Positions 28,080 to 37,703 of a stretch of DNA of 64,000 nucleotides are shown here, piece after piece (within the stretch, counting starts at the first letter, position 1; each line of letters begins with the position of its first letter). The DNA comes from Verrucomicrobiota bacterium (GTDB taxonomy: Bacteria; Verrucomicrobiota; Verrucomicrobiia; Limisphaerales; UBA11358). Under the pieces are notes generated by a model. It ran no database searches. It worked only from the letters and a program-made list of their open reading frames with translations, and was not told the DNA's origin. Both the position numbers and the translations under genes were made by a program. The DNA lies in NCBI GenBank assembly GCA_050008355.1, contig JBEKMT010000008.1, positions 3,568 to 67,567 of the forward strand. Reading direction: 5' to 3'.

Positions 28080-30347
28080 TCAGAATGTGTAACTCAACGA
28101 TCCGAAGAACCCGATCCTCGCACCCCATTCCGCCGCGTTGACGCCCACGCCGGTGCCGCTGCGAAGTTCATAACTGTTATCGGTCAAGTTGACGATATCG
28201 AGACGAGCCTTCAAGGTTTGGTTCTTGTATATTTTAAAGGACTGCTCTGCGCCGATGTTGAGCGTATAGTAATTCGGCACCGACGCGCCGTTCGGGATGG
28301 GGTCACCATTGGGATCGCCGGGAATGGGCCCGCCGTCCTGTCGTAATCCACTGCCGTAGATTGCATCCAGGTAAACACTGGTGCCGGTGCGATCAGACTC
28401 CTTCCAAGAGTAAGATACGCCAAAAGAGCCGCTGATCCATTGATCGTGGTCGAGATAGATCCAGTTATTGTTGACGTAGTTCTCCACGGCCGCGTTTGGC
28501 CAGAGGAATTGCGCCGAGGAAGCGCCCTTGCCTTGCGCCTTCGACACGGCGAGGTTGGCGTACGAAGAGAAACCTCCGTCGGTGTAACTTGCTGTAAATT
28601 CCGCGCCATAAATCCGTCCCTGAGAATAGTTGAAGGATGACAAAATGAGTGATTGCCCAAACAAGCCGTCATCGAGTTGCTGCTGAGCGGTCTTGTAATA
28701 ACCGTCGAGGCCGACCTGCAATTTAGGCGTGATCTTTTGAGTAATGCCGGCGTCATAATAATTGGCGCGTTCGCATTTGACCGGGTCCGCCGTGGTCACG
28801 CCGGATTGCCCCGAAGTGTTGTTGAACGCCAGGATGTCTCCGGCCGGCACAGTCTCGAGCGGCGGCGGTGTGAAATAACGCGAATAACCAATATGGAGTG
28901 TGGTCGAGTCCGTCGGCTGGTAAATTGCGTTGATCCGCGGGCTGATCTGGTTCTCGTTATCGGTGGAAGAAGAATAGTCATCAAACCGTGCGCCGTAGTT
29001 GATGGTGAATTTTGAAAACATCTTCCATTCGTCCTGCAAATAGAAGCCCGCAAACGTCGCGTGGGGCGTGTTATGTTGGGAGATGGTTTGTTCCGGACCA
29101 TCTATAAGGTCGCCGGCATCCACAGGAAACACGGTGGTGGCGGTGTCAGCGACGACGTATTCGTTCATCCCCAAAAAACCGCCGCGCACTGTGTGTGTGT
29201 CGCCGATGTCGTAGCTGGCGTCGGCCTCCACGCCACCGGAGTAAAGAGTGCGTTTCTCATCCGTTGCCACACCGCCGTTGAAATCAAGAGTGGCGTTTGG
29301 GTTGCCGGGCACATAATGGGCGCTGCTATCCCTCCCGAATCCAGAGACCTGAAGGTTAAAATCACCCGCCGATTTCTGGTACGCGATGACACCGTAATAA
29401 TTTTGCTCGTTCTGATTGTCATTCAAGTCGGTTGGGGAATACGTCCCCGGCACCCAGGGAGTCACACCGTCGCCTTGAGGCGTAACCGGCTGGTTGGGAT
29501 CGATCGGAACTTGATAATCCGCGTAGGACGCGCTGCCGATGATGCTAACCCGGCTCGTGTCGTCGATAATGTACGAGCCGTAAACGAAGGCTTTGTATTG
29601 ATCGGTGTTGTCGTGGATTGCATTAGGACTGGACGTCGTATTCTCAATGCCAAGATCATTGTGCTCGTAGTTGCCGTCCGTATAAAAACTCCATTTGCCC
29701 TGCGTGGTACCGTACTCGTAACTCGGAGAGATCGTATCGTGACTCCCGCCGTACATTTCCACCGTGCCACCGTTTTCAAATGCACCGCTTTTGGTCTGGA
29801 TGTCCACGATGCCTGCCGTGCGAAAACCGTATTGGGCGGGCAGCGAGCCGGTGACCAGTTGCATGGACTGGACGAATCGCGGGCTCAGTTCCAAACCGAA
29901 CCCGCTGATCCCTTCCGGGAGGAGAACGTCATCAATGCGGTATTGCAAATTGGCGTGTTCGCCGCGGACGTGCAAATCGCCATTCGGCGCGGAATCCTGC
30001 GCCACGCCAGGCGAGCGCAAGATGACTTCGTTGAAAGGCGCATCCGCGCCTTGTGACTGCATTTCAATCTGCCCAGCCGTGTGCGTGTAGGCCGTGGCAC
30101 CGAGGTCGGGCAGGATGTTGCTGCGCGCCTTATCCAATTTGCCGATCACGGTGACAGTACCCAGATTTGTCACGTTCGTGGTGCTACCGGAGCTGACCAC
30201 GTTAGTCGAAGTGTTGACGGCGGGGCCGGTCCCCGTCCCGATAAACGACTGTCCCAGCGCCGTCCCGCCACAAGACAACGCCACCCAAGAAATAACCGAC
30301 CAATATCTCCTACAATTCCGTATTTTCTGCTCTTCAAAGTTTTTCAT
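28080..30347 (-). CDS. TonB-dependent outer-membrane receptor
   Basis: 755 aa with a signal peptide. The plug region is TVTVIGK...DAPFNEVILRSPGV...LHVRGEHANLQYRIDDV. A long beta-rich barrel follows and ends in the aromatic ...FGSLSYTF. The substrate cannot be read from the sequence. Confidence 0.9.
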   Translation of the reverse strand: MKNFEEQKIRNCRRYWSVISWVALSCGGTALGQSFIGTGTGPAVNTSTNVVSSGSTTNVTNLGTVTVIGKLDKARSNILPDLGATAYTHTAGQIEMQSQGADAPFNEVILRSPGVAQDSAPNGDLHVRGEHANLQYRIDDVLLPEGISGFGLELSPRFVQSMQLVTGSLPAQYGFRTAGIVDIQTKSGAFENGGTVEMYGGSHDTISPSYEYGTTQGKWSFYTDGNYEHNDLGIENTTSSPNAIHDNTDQYKAFVYGSYIIDDTSRVSIIGSASYADYQVPIDPNQPVTPQGDGVTPWVPGTYSPTDLNDNQNEQNYYGVIAYQKSAGDFNLQVSGFGRDSSAHYVPGNPNATLDFNGGVATDEKRTLYSGGVEADASYDIGDTHTVRGGFLGMNEYVVADTATTVFPVDAGDLIDGPEQTISQHNTPHATFAGFYLQDEWKMFSKFTINYGARFDDYSSSTDNENQISPRINAIYQPTDSTTLHIGYSRYFTPPPLETVPAGDILAFNNTSGQSGVTTADPVKCERANYYDAGITQKITPKLQVGLDGYYKTAQQQLDDGLFGQSLILSSFNYSQGRIYGAEFTASYTDGGFSSYANLAVSKAQGKGASSAQFLWPNAAVENYVNNNWIYLDHDQWISGSFGVSYSWKESDRTGTSVYLDAIYGSGLRQDGGPIPGDPNGDPIPNGASVPNYYTLNIGAEQSFKIYKNQTLKARLDIVNLTDNSYELRSGTGVGVNAAEWGARIGFFGSLSYTF

Positions 30348-30489
30348 GATTTTTATATGGTTAAATTTTTCAATACGACTACCGCGAATTTATCAATGTT
30401 CGCGCCTTGCCCGGGCGTCTTCCGACGCACTGCAAAGACTGGTTTAAGGAAAAAATTCCGGGCGCAGCAATTCGCCCGAAACCAACGAA

Positions 30490-30825
30490 TCAGGAAACTA
30501 CGAAGAGGGCGGGCGGGCCGCGGCCATCCGGGAGAAATGTGGTGGCGAGGTGAGAAACAAAAACGCCGACGCGGGGGACAATTTCGACCCCCAACACCGG
30601 TATCACGACCGGGGCGTCGCTCGTGACGACTTGAACCTTGGCGTGGGCGACAGCAACAACGGCGCAATCGTCATTGTCGGGAATCGAACCGCCGTGTAGC
30701 CAGGCGTGCAGGGAAGGACAGGTTTCCGCCACGGTCATCACCAGCCAAAGAGCCAGCGATAACCCGGCCGTGGCCGCGTGCAACCGCTGCCGCCATTGAC
30801 GATTTATGACATTTTTGTATCGCAA
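30490..30825 (-). CDS. Small membrane-anchored Cys/His-motif protein (hypothetical)
   Basis: 111 aa with a TTG start. A basic N-terminus and a TM helix (AGLSLALWLVMTVA) are followed by ETCPSLHAWLHGGSIPDNDDCAVVAVAH, and the protein ends ...DGRGPPALFVVS. It is on the same strand as the receptor and 142 nt upstream of it. Confidence 0.5.
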   Translation of the reverse strand: MRYKNVINRQWRQRLHAATAGLSLALWLVMTVAETCPSLHAWLHGGSIPDNDDCAVVAVAHAKVQVVTSDAPVVIPVLGVEIVPRVGVFVSHLATTFLPDGRGPPALFVVS

Positions 30826-31214
30826 ATCGTTTGCAATTTAGCAAATCGTATGCCGAGGGCAAGGGTTTGCTACGCAATTTTCCGCGGATCTTAGCCGGAG
30901 TGGTTCAATTGAATGACTGATCAATCGCCGAGGAAAAAGTTTAGTCGTTTGGAGTTAACAAGCATTTGAGCTCAAAAAAGCCAATGAAAAGCGGTTTTTG
31001 TGGAGATCGAACCGACCGCCATCGGGCATGCCTGCCACCGGAGATGTTGGGCCGATGGAACTCAATTGTGGCTCCCGATGCTGCCTTGTCCTGTGAAATT
31101 GGAATTCCAGTTTTCATACAGTGTACGGAACGAAGTTTATGGCGAGTCCGCCACCTACGCCGGATTCGATGCGGCGGGTCAATCGGGTGAGGAGGAGGAG
31201 GATATTTGCCGAAA

Positions 31215-32099
31215 CTAAACCCCCACCAGGGCTGCGCCCAAGACACCGGCGGAATCGCCGAGCTGATTTTTGACAATCGGCGTCTCCATTCCGTCGGTGA
31301 AAACAAACTGGCGCACCTGTTCGATGCCTTCGGTGTAAATGGCCTGGAAATTGGAAACGCCGCCGCCGAGGACCACCATGTCCGGGTCCAGGATGTCGAT
31401 CAGGTTGGCGAGGGCACGGCCGAAATTGCGGAAGAAAACCTGCATGAACTCCACTGCCTGCGGTTCGCCGGCGAAGAATTCTTTTTCAATCTGTTTCAGG
31501 GCCTTTTTGACGCCGAACTTGGCCTCGTAACGTCGCTCCAACCCAGCGCCGCTGATGAGGGTCTCAACGCAACCGCGATTTCCACAGAAGCACAGCGGGC
31601 CGTTGGGATCAATGCTCATGTGCCCCCACTCGCCCGCGATGGCCTGCGGCCCGGTGAGAACCACGCCCTTGTGAACAATGCCGCCGCCGCAACCGGTGCC
31701 GATGATGACCCCGAAGACCAGATTCCTCCCTTTGCCAGCGCCCATCAAGGCCTCGGCCATCGCAAAACAATTCGCGTCGTTCTGGAGTTCGATTTTTCGG
31801 CCCAGCATTCTTTCCAAGTCCGCCTTCACCGGCTGTCCGTTCATGCAAACGGTGTTGGAATTTTTCAGCAAACCGGTGCGCGGGGAAATGGCACCAGGGG
31901 TGCCGATGCCGAACGTCGCTGGTTGGCCGGCAACACTGGCCAAAAGTTCGTCGTGCAATAATTTCAACCGGGTGAGGATGTGCTGGTAGCCCTGCTCACG
32001 TTCCGTGGCAATGCGTTTGCGAAACATTTCGCGTCCATCCGGATCGAGAACCACGCCCTCGATTTTCGTGCCCCCCAGGTCAATGCCAATGCGAAACAT
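31215..32099 (-). CDS. ROK-family sugar kinase (Mak/NagK-like)
   Basis: The N-terminal ATP motif is MFRIGIDLGGTKIEGVV. The ROK zinc motif is CFCGNRGCVETLISG. The protein is 294 aa. Confidence 0.85.
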   Translation of the reverse strand: MFRIGIDLGGTKIEGVVLDPDGREMFRKRIATEREQGYQHILTRLKLLHDELLASVAGQPATFGIGTPGAISPRTGLLKNSNTVCMNGQPVKADLERMLGRKIELQNDANCFAMAEALMGAGKGRNLVFGVIIGTGCGGGIVHKGVVLTGPQAIAGEWGHMSIDPNGPLCFCGNRGCVETLISGAGLERRYEAKFGVKKALKQIEKEFFAGEPQAVEFMQVFFRNFGRALANLIDILDPDMVVLGGGVSNFQAIYTEGIEQVRQFVFTDGMETPIVKNQLGDSAGVLGAALVGV

Positions 32100-32144
32100 G
32101 GTTCAGTCTGATTTATGATTCACGGTGCGATGAGCGGCTGAACA

Positions 32145-35100
32145 TTATTTGCCGCAGCATTGCTTGTATTTTTTGCCGCTACCACAGGGACAGGGATCAT
32201 TGCGACCGACTTTCGGGCCGGTGCGCTTCGGCTTCGGCTTTTCCTTGGTGACGTCGTCCGCGGCCTGGCTGACCACATCACTCTGGTGTGGGTCAGCAGA
32301 CTTTTTCTGCTGCTCAAAGGCGCTGGGGGAAGGTTCATGCCGGGTGGTTTGCGGGACGTTGCGCAAAAAATCCTCGAACGCTTTCATGGACGAGGCGCTA
32401 CGGAAAACATTATGGCAGATTTCCGTCTTCACATTGACCATGAGGTCATCAAAAATCTTGAACGCCTCCGCCTTGTACTCCAGCAGTGGATCACGCTGAC
32501 CGTGAGCGCGCAGGCCGATGCTCTGGCGGAGACTGTCCATTTCATACAAGTGCTCCTGCCACAATTTGTCGATCGCACTCAAGATCGTGTAACGCTCAAC
32601 CGTCGTCAGTTTTTCCGGCTCTTCGAAAGAGATCTTTAGCTCATAAGCCTTGCGGATACTGTCACCGATGAAATTGCAAACCGCGAATTGCGCCTCGTTC
32701 AAACCGTCGTACAGCGAACCGCTCACGGGTTTTTCCCGGCCGGCTTCGGCGGCTTTCAAAATTTCGCCCTCGGGCATTCCCAGCGGAAAATTCAGGTTCG
32801 CCCAGTCCGACAGCTGCCGGATTTTCCATTCGGTTACATCGGTGTCAGCGGAGGTGAACTGCTCAACTTTCAACACCACGACCTCCTCGATGATGTCCAT
32901 CAGGCGGTCGCGCACGTCGTCAGAATTGATGATCTCGTTGCGGAAACCATAAATGACTTCGCGTTGTTTGTTCATCACGTCGTCATATTCGAGCGTGCGT
33001 TTGCGCTGCTGGAAGTTATGACCTTCCACGCGCTTTTGTGCCTGCTGGATCGAACGGTTCAGCAGTCCGTGCTTCAATTCCTCGCCTTCCTCCAACCCCA
33101 TTCGTTCCATCAATTTCACAATGCGATCCGAGCCGAACAACCGCATCAGATCATCTTCCAATGAGATAAAAAAGTGCGAGCTGCCGGGATCGCCCTGGCG
33201 CGAGCAACGGCCGCGCAACTGGCGGTCAATCCGGCGCGACTCGTGTCGTTCAGTCCCGAGAACATGAAGACCGCCGACAACCTTCGTCTGCGGCGTGAGA
33301 TTGAACACTCCGGCAACCGGGGTATTCGAATCCACCTCCCGAACCTCCCCGGTGGAGGTTTCCGTCAGCTTGTAAAGGTGTCCCTTGCCTTCGGGATGAG
33401 GTTTGGACTCCACATCCCAACGCACACCCGGACCAAGTTTGATGTCCGTACCGCGGCCCGCCATGTTCGTGGCGATGGTGATCGCCCCGCGTTGGCCGGC
33501 GCGGGCAACGATTTCCGCTTCCTGTTGGTGATACTTCGCGTTGAGGACGGAATGAATCAGCCCTTCCTTTTTCAGCATCCGCGATAACATTTCGCTTGTT
33601 TCCACGGAAACCGTTCCGACCAGCACGGGCCGTCCCTGCCCGTGCAGTTCCTTGATTTCCTTGACGACAGCGTTGAATTTTTCGCGGCGCGTCTTATAAA
33701 CCGAATCGTGCCCGTCTTTGCGGATGTTCGGACGGTTGGTTGGGATCGTCATCACGCCGAGTTTGTAAATGTCGAAAAACTCTGCCGCCTCGGTTTCCGC
33801 CGTGCCGGTCATGCCGGACAGCTTCTTATAAAGGCGGAAATAATTTTGAATGGTGATGGTGGCGAGAGTCTGGGTTTCGCGCTCAATCGTGACGCCTTCC
33901 TTCGCCTCGACCGCCTGGTGCAAGCCATCGCTCCAGCGGCGGCCGGCCATCAAGCGACCCGTGTGCTGGTCAACAATAATGACCTTGTTTTCCTGCACCA
34001 CATATTCCACGTCCAACTGGTAAAGACTGTAAGCCTTGAGCAGCTGCGAAATCGCGTGAATCTTCTGCGCCTTGGCTTCAAAATCAGCCTGCAGCTTCGC
34101 CTTCGCTTCCATGCGCTTGCGCGCATCGGTTTCCGCGCCGGAATCCACGTCATGTAATTGCGTTGTTAAATCCGGCAGCACAAACGCGTCCGGGTCTTGC
34201 GGGCTGATGAAATTGCGCCCTTTTTCGGTCATGTCGGCTTCGTGGCCTTTTTCATCAATCGCAAACAGCAATTCTTCCTTTTCACGGTAAAGGTCGATCT
34301 TCTTCTGGTCCCGGTGCAATTCGAGCTCCGCCCGGTTCATCATGCCGGCATACTCCGGGTTTTCCAGGATCTTCATCAAACCCTCTGACTTCGGCTGGCC
34401 GGTCTTGACCCGGAACAGCAGGATGCCGATCTCACTTTCCAGCTGCCCCGCATGTTGAACGACTGAACCGTCCGCCGGATGCAGTTTCTTGATCAGCTCC
34501 CCTGCTTCCTTGAGGAAACGATCACAAAGCTGTTGCTGCGCCCGCACGAGCGATTCAACGGTCGGCTTCCATTGCGCGTATTGCTCGTCGAAAGTGCGTA
34601 TGGACGGACCGCTGATGATAAGCGGCACGCGCGCTTCATCAATCAGGATGGAGTCCACTTCGTCCACGATCGCGAAATAGTGTCCGCGCTGGACCTGTTC
34701 TTCCTTGCGTTTCGCCATCCCATTGTCGCGCAAATAATCGAACCCAAATTCGGCGTTTGTGCCGTAAGTGATGTCGCAAGCGTATTGTTCTCGGCGCGTG
34801 CGCGGATCCTGGCTGTTGAGGATACAACCGACTGTCAGTCCCAGGAACCGGTAGAGCGCCCCCATCCATTCGCTGTCGCGCGACGCCAGATAATCGTTCA
34901 CCGTCACGACATGAACGCCGCGACCGGACAGGGCATTGAGATATACCGGCAGGGTCCCGACCAGCGTTTTGCCTTCGCCCGTGGCCATCTCCGCAATGTG
35001 GCCGGTATGGAGCGAATAACCGCCGATCAGCTGCACATCGAACGGCACCATCTCCCAGCGCAGCGGCTGGCCGCGAACGGTGATGTCCTGACCGCACATT

Positions 35101-35351
35101 TTGCGGCAGGCGTTTTTGACCGCGGCGAACGCCTCCGGCAAGATTTCGTTCAACCGCCGGGCCAGTTCCTCGTCGTCGGTAATTTGAGAAAACTCGGCTT
35201 TCCATGCCGTCGTCCTGGCGCGCAGGTCGTCGGCAGACGACGATTGCAGGCCGGCTTCGATCTCATTGATCTTCGCAACCACCGGACGGATTTTCTTCAC
35301 GTCGCGGTCGTTTTTCGAGCCGAAAAGCGATTTGAATATGTTTCCAAGCAT
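32145..35351 (-). CDS. secA: Preprotein translocase ATPase SecA
   Basis: 1068 aa. It has the DEAD-like motor motifs (MATGEGKTLV and FAIVDEVDSILIDEARVPLIISG), the GRGTDIKLG motif, and a C-terminal zinc finger (CPCGSGKKYKQCCGK). Confidence 0.97.
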   Translation of the reverse strand: MLGNIFKSLFGSKNDRDVKKIRPVVAKINEIEAGLQSSSADDLRARTTAWKAEFSQITDDEELARRLNEILPEAFAAVKNACRKMCGQDITVRGQPLRWEMVPFDVQLIGGYSLHTGHIAEMATGEGKTLVGTLPVYLNALSGRGVHVVTVNDYLASRDSEWMGALYRFLGLTVGCILNSQDPRTRREQYACDITYGTNAEFGFDYLRDNGMAKRKEEQVQRGHYFAIVDEVDSILIDEARVPLIISGPSIRTFDEQYAQWKPTVESLVRAQQQLCDRFLKEAGELIKKLHPADGSVVQHAGQLESEIGILLFRVKTGQPKSEGLMKILENPEYAGMMNRAELELHRDQKKIDLYREKEELLFAIDEKGHEADMTEKGRNFISPQDPDAFVLPDLTTQLHDVDSGAETDARKRMEAKAKLQADFEAKAQKIHAISQLLKAYSLYQLDVEYVVQENKVIIVDQHTGRLMAGRRWSDGLHQAVEAKEGVTIERETQTLATITIQNYFRLYKKLSGMTGTAETEAAEFFDIYKLGVMTIPTNRPNIRKDGHDSVYKTRREKFNAVVKEIKELHGQGRPVLVGTVSVETSEMLSRMLKKEGLIHSVLNAKYHQQEAEIVARAGQRGAITIATNMAGRGTDIKLGPGVRWDVESKPHPEGKGHLYKLTETSTGEVREVDSNTPVAGVFNLTPQTKVVGGLHVLGTERHESRRIDRQLRGRCSRQGDPGSSHFFISLEDDLMRLFGSDRIVKLMERMGLEEGEELKHGLLNRSIQQAQKRVEGHNFQQRKRTLEYDDVMNKQREVIYGFRNEIINSDDVRDRLMDIIEEVVVLKVEQFTSADTDVTEWKIRQLSDWANLNFPLGMPEGEILKAAEAGREKPVSGSLYDGLNEAQFAVCNFIGDSIRKAYELKISFEEPEKLTTVERYTILSAIDKLWQEHLYEMDSLRQSIGLRAHGQRDPLLEYKAEAFKIFDDLMVNVKTEICHNVFRSASSMKAFEDFLRNVPQTTRHEPSPSAFEQQKKSADPHQSDVVSQAADDVTKEKPKPKRTGPKVGRNDPCPCGSGKKYKQCCGK

Positions 35352-35572
35352 TCTTAAAATTTAGACTGGTCTCTCCGAGACCGGTTAAAATTGAGCATGC
35401 ACGATACGCGAGGAATGACGAAGCGTCAAAATGAAACGGCGGCGAAACGGCGAAGCGGTTGAAGGTCATTTGCAGGTCCAATCCGCGGTTTGGGGCTGGT
35501 TTTACAATGGAGGCGGTTGGGCATGCTTCAGAGAAAGACCGCCAATAGGGAGTTGCTTCCGGGAGAAAGCCC

Positions 35573-37585
35573 TCAAGACTTAGAAGGTTTCATGCCGATA
35601 TAATCCATGCCGACCAGGCAGACGTCGTCGTCGAACTGTCCATTGACAGCGAAAGTGCGGACGCATTGGATCAGTTCGTCAAACAGGATTCCCGGCGGCT
35701 TTTGCAGCAGGTCTTTCATGTCCATCACCAGGCGTTGTTGAGAATACAATTCCTCATTTTGCCCCTGTACCTCGTAGAGGCCATCGGTGAAAAACATCAT
35801 GAAATCACCGGGTGACAGCGTGGCAGTGCTGGTTTCGTAAGGCGGCTGTTCAAACAAACCCAATGCAGGCTGTCCCCGCCCACAGGCATTGGCTAACGGT
35901 TCGACCTGATCCTGCGAACGGCGGATGATCAACGGCTTGGGGTGCCCGGCATTGGCAAAGCGCACCGCCCCGGTGCGACAATCCGCGACCAGGTAAAATG
36001 CAGTGGTGAGCATCGGAGTTCCGGTGTTTTTCAGGATGCTGTAAAGATCGAAGTTCAATTTGCGCAAAAATTCTCCCGGATCGCGTGCGAACGGTTTCAA
36101 TTCTTCGGTTAAGGCACGAACCATTGCGGTCACCAATGCCGCCCGGATACCGTGACCCGTCACATCGCAGATAAAGACCCCGGCCTCCGTATCGGACAAG
36201 GCGGATACGTTGAAGAAATCGCCGCTCACGCCTTCCGCCGGCTGGTAGCGGTGGACGAACTCAAAAGCACTTTCTCCGGGCGCGGCCGTGCGGGGAAAAG
36301 TCGGATATTGCTGGGGCAGCATCGCCACCTGGATCTCCCCCGCCATGCGCAGGTTTTCCTCCAGCATCACATTCTTGGTGCGCAACTCTTCGCGACTGCG
36401 CGCCAGTTCCGCCGTGGTGCGGCGGATCTGTTCTTCGGCGCGTTTTTTTTCCGTGATGTCCCAGAATATTCCTTGCAGGCCGATGATTTTTCCCGCGTGA
36501 TCGTACAGAGGCGTCTTGACCACCTGGACGGTGGTTTTGTCCTGCCCGAAGGGATGATGCTGCTCAATGATTTCACGGCTCTGCCCTGTTTCCATCACGG
36601 CCTGGTCATCCTTCTGGTATTGCTCGGCCAGTTCTTTCGGGAAAAAATCGAAATCCGACTTGCCGAGGATGTCCTCCAGCTTGCAATTGTAATGTGAGCA
36701 ATACTGCCGGTTCGCAAACGTAAACCGTCCCTGCAGGTCCTTGCGAAAAACGTTTTGCGGCATGGTCTCGACGAGCGAGTGATAAAGCGATTCGGAACCC
36801 TTCAAAGCCTCCTCCACCTGCCGCTCGTGAGTGATGTCTTCCACTGTCCCTTCGTAATACAGGATGCTCCCAACCTCATCACGCACCGCACGGCAGTTTT
36901 CGGAAATCCAGATGACGCTTCCGTCCTTGCGGAAGATCTGGGACTCGAAACCGCTCAACGTATCGTTTTCCTGCATCAGCCGCACAAATTCCTCGCGACG
37001 CCCGGCCTCCACGTAAAGTTTGCTGGCAATATCCTTGATGTTTGCCATCAATTCCACCGGCGTGGCATAACCATAGATCCGCGCCAAGGCCACGTTCGCC
37101 AGCAAATAATGCCCATCCACTGTCGAGCGAAAAATGCCTTCCACCAGATGGTCGAAAATGCCGTAGTACTTCTCCTTTTCGTCCACCAGTGCGATGCGCT
37201 CCTCCTGGCGCGCAGTGGCCGAAAAAATGGCGCGGTGCAGATGACGCGCGTTCAGCTGCTCGCGACCCAGGTATTCCTGCGCGCCGCTATAAATCGCCTC
37301 CGCCAGAAAACTGTCGTCTTCGTTCGGCCCGATGACCAGCACCGGCAGGCGGGCGGCCTTGGTGGTCAATAGCGTGATCTGGAAAAGCGCCGCGGCATTG
37401 GTCTGCGGGATTTCGAAGAGTACGGCCTGGAAGCTGTCACCCGCTGCCAGAACCAGCCCCGCGTCGGTGGATGACGCGACGACGATGCCCACCGGATGCA
37501 GCATATCAACAATACTGCTCGCCAGCTGCTCATCGGTGGTGATCAGCAAAATTTTCTGCGAACCGCTAAATGAGTCGTTTTCCAT
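35573..37585 (-). CDS. Degenerate receiver domain - PAS - PAS - SpoIIE/PP2C-type phosphatase
   Basis: The N-terminal roughly 120 aa look receiver-like. Two PAS-like segments follow (YYGIFDHLVEGIFRST... and SLYHSLVETMPQNVFRKD...). The C-terminal PP2C/SpoIIE motifs are GVSGDFFNV, FICDVTGHGIRAAL and MMFFTDGLYE. Confidence 0.85.
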   Translation of the reverse strand: MENDSFSGSQKILLITTDEQLASSIVDMLHPVGIVVASSTDAGLVLAAGDSFQAVLFEIPQTNAAALFQITLLTTKAARLPVLVIGPNEDDSFLAEAIYSGAQEYLGREQLNARHLHRAIFSATARQEERIALVDEKEKYYGIFDHLVEGIFRSTVDGHYLLANVALARIYGYATPVELMANIKDIASKLYVEAGRREEFVRLMQENDTLSGFESQIFRKDGSVIWISENCRAVRDEVGSILYYEGTVEDITHERQVEEALKGSESLYHSLVETMPQNVFRKDLQGRFTFANRQYCSHYNCKLEDILGKSDFDFFPKELAEQYQKDDQAVMETGQSREIIEQHHPFGQDKTTVQVVKTPLYDHAGKIIGLQGIFWDITEKKRAEEQIRRTTAELARSREELRTKNVMLEENLRMAGEIQVAMLPQQYPTFPRTAAPGESAFEFVHRYQPAEGVSGDFFNVSALSDTEAGVFICDVTGHGIRAALVTAMVRALTEELKPFARDPGEFLRKLNFDLYSILKNTGTPMLTTAFYLVADCRTGAVRFANAGHPKPLIIRRSQDQVEPLANACGRGQPALGLFEQPPYETSTATLSPGDFMMFFTDGLYEVQGQNEELYSQQRLVMDMKDLLQKPPGILFDELIQCVRTFAVNGQFDDDVCLVGMDYIGMKPSKS

Positions 37586-37703
37586 TCAGTCTCGAGTCGG
37601 TTGAAAATACAGACTCCACACATTCCTGCAAGCGTCTTGCGTGCCAGCTTGCAATTCAACTTTTCAACCAGCCCGTGTCCGGATATCATGATTTTCTGAA
37701 ATC

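Noticed and set aside
31001-31100. A tRNA/tmRNA-like T-arm string (minus strand ...ggcggtcGGTTCGATCtccac...) in the leader region.
   Set aside because: I tried to fold it. The T-stem would have a C-C mismatch and a G-U pair. No complementary 7-bp acceptor stem, D-arm or anticodon arm can be placed at tRNA spacing, and there is no tmRNA-like 5' partner. I treat it as a chance match.
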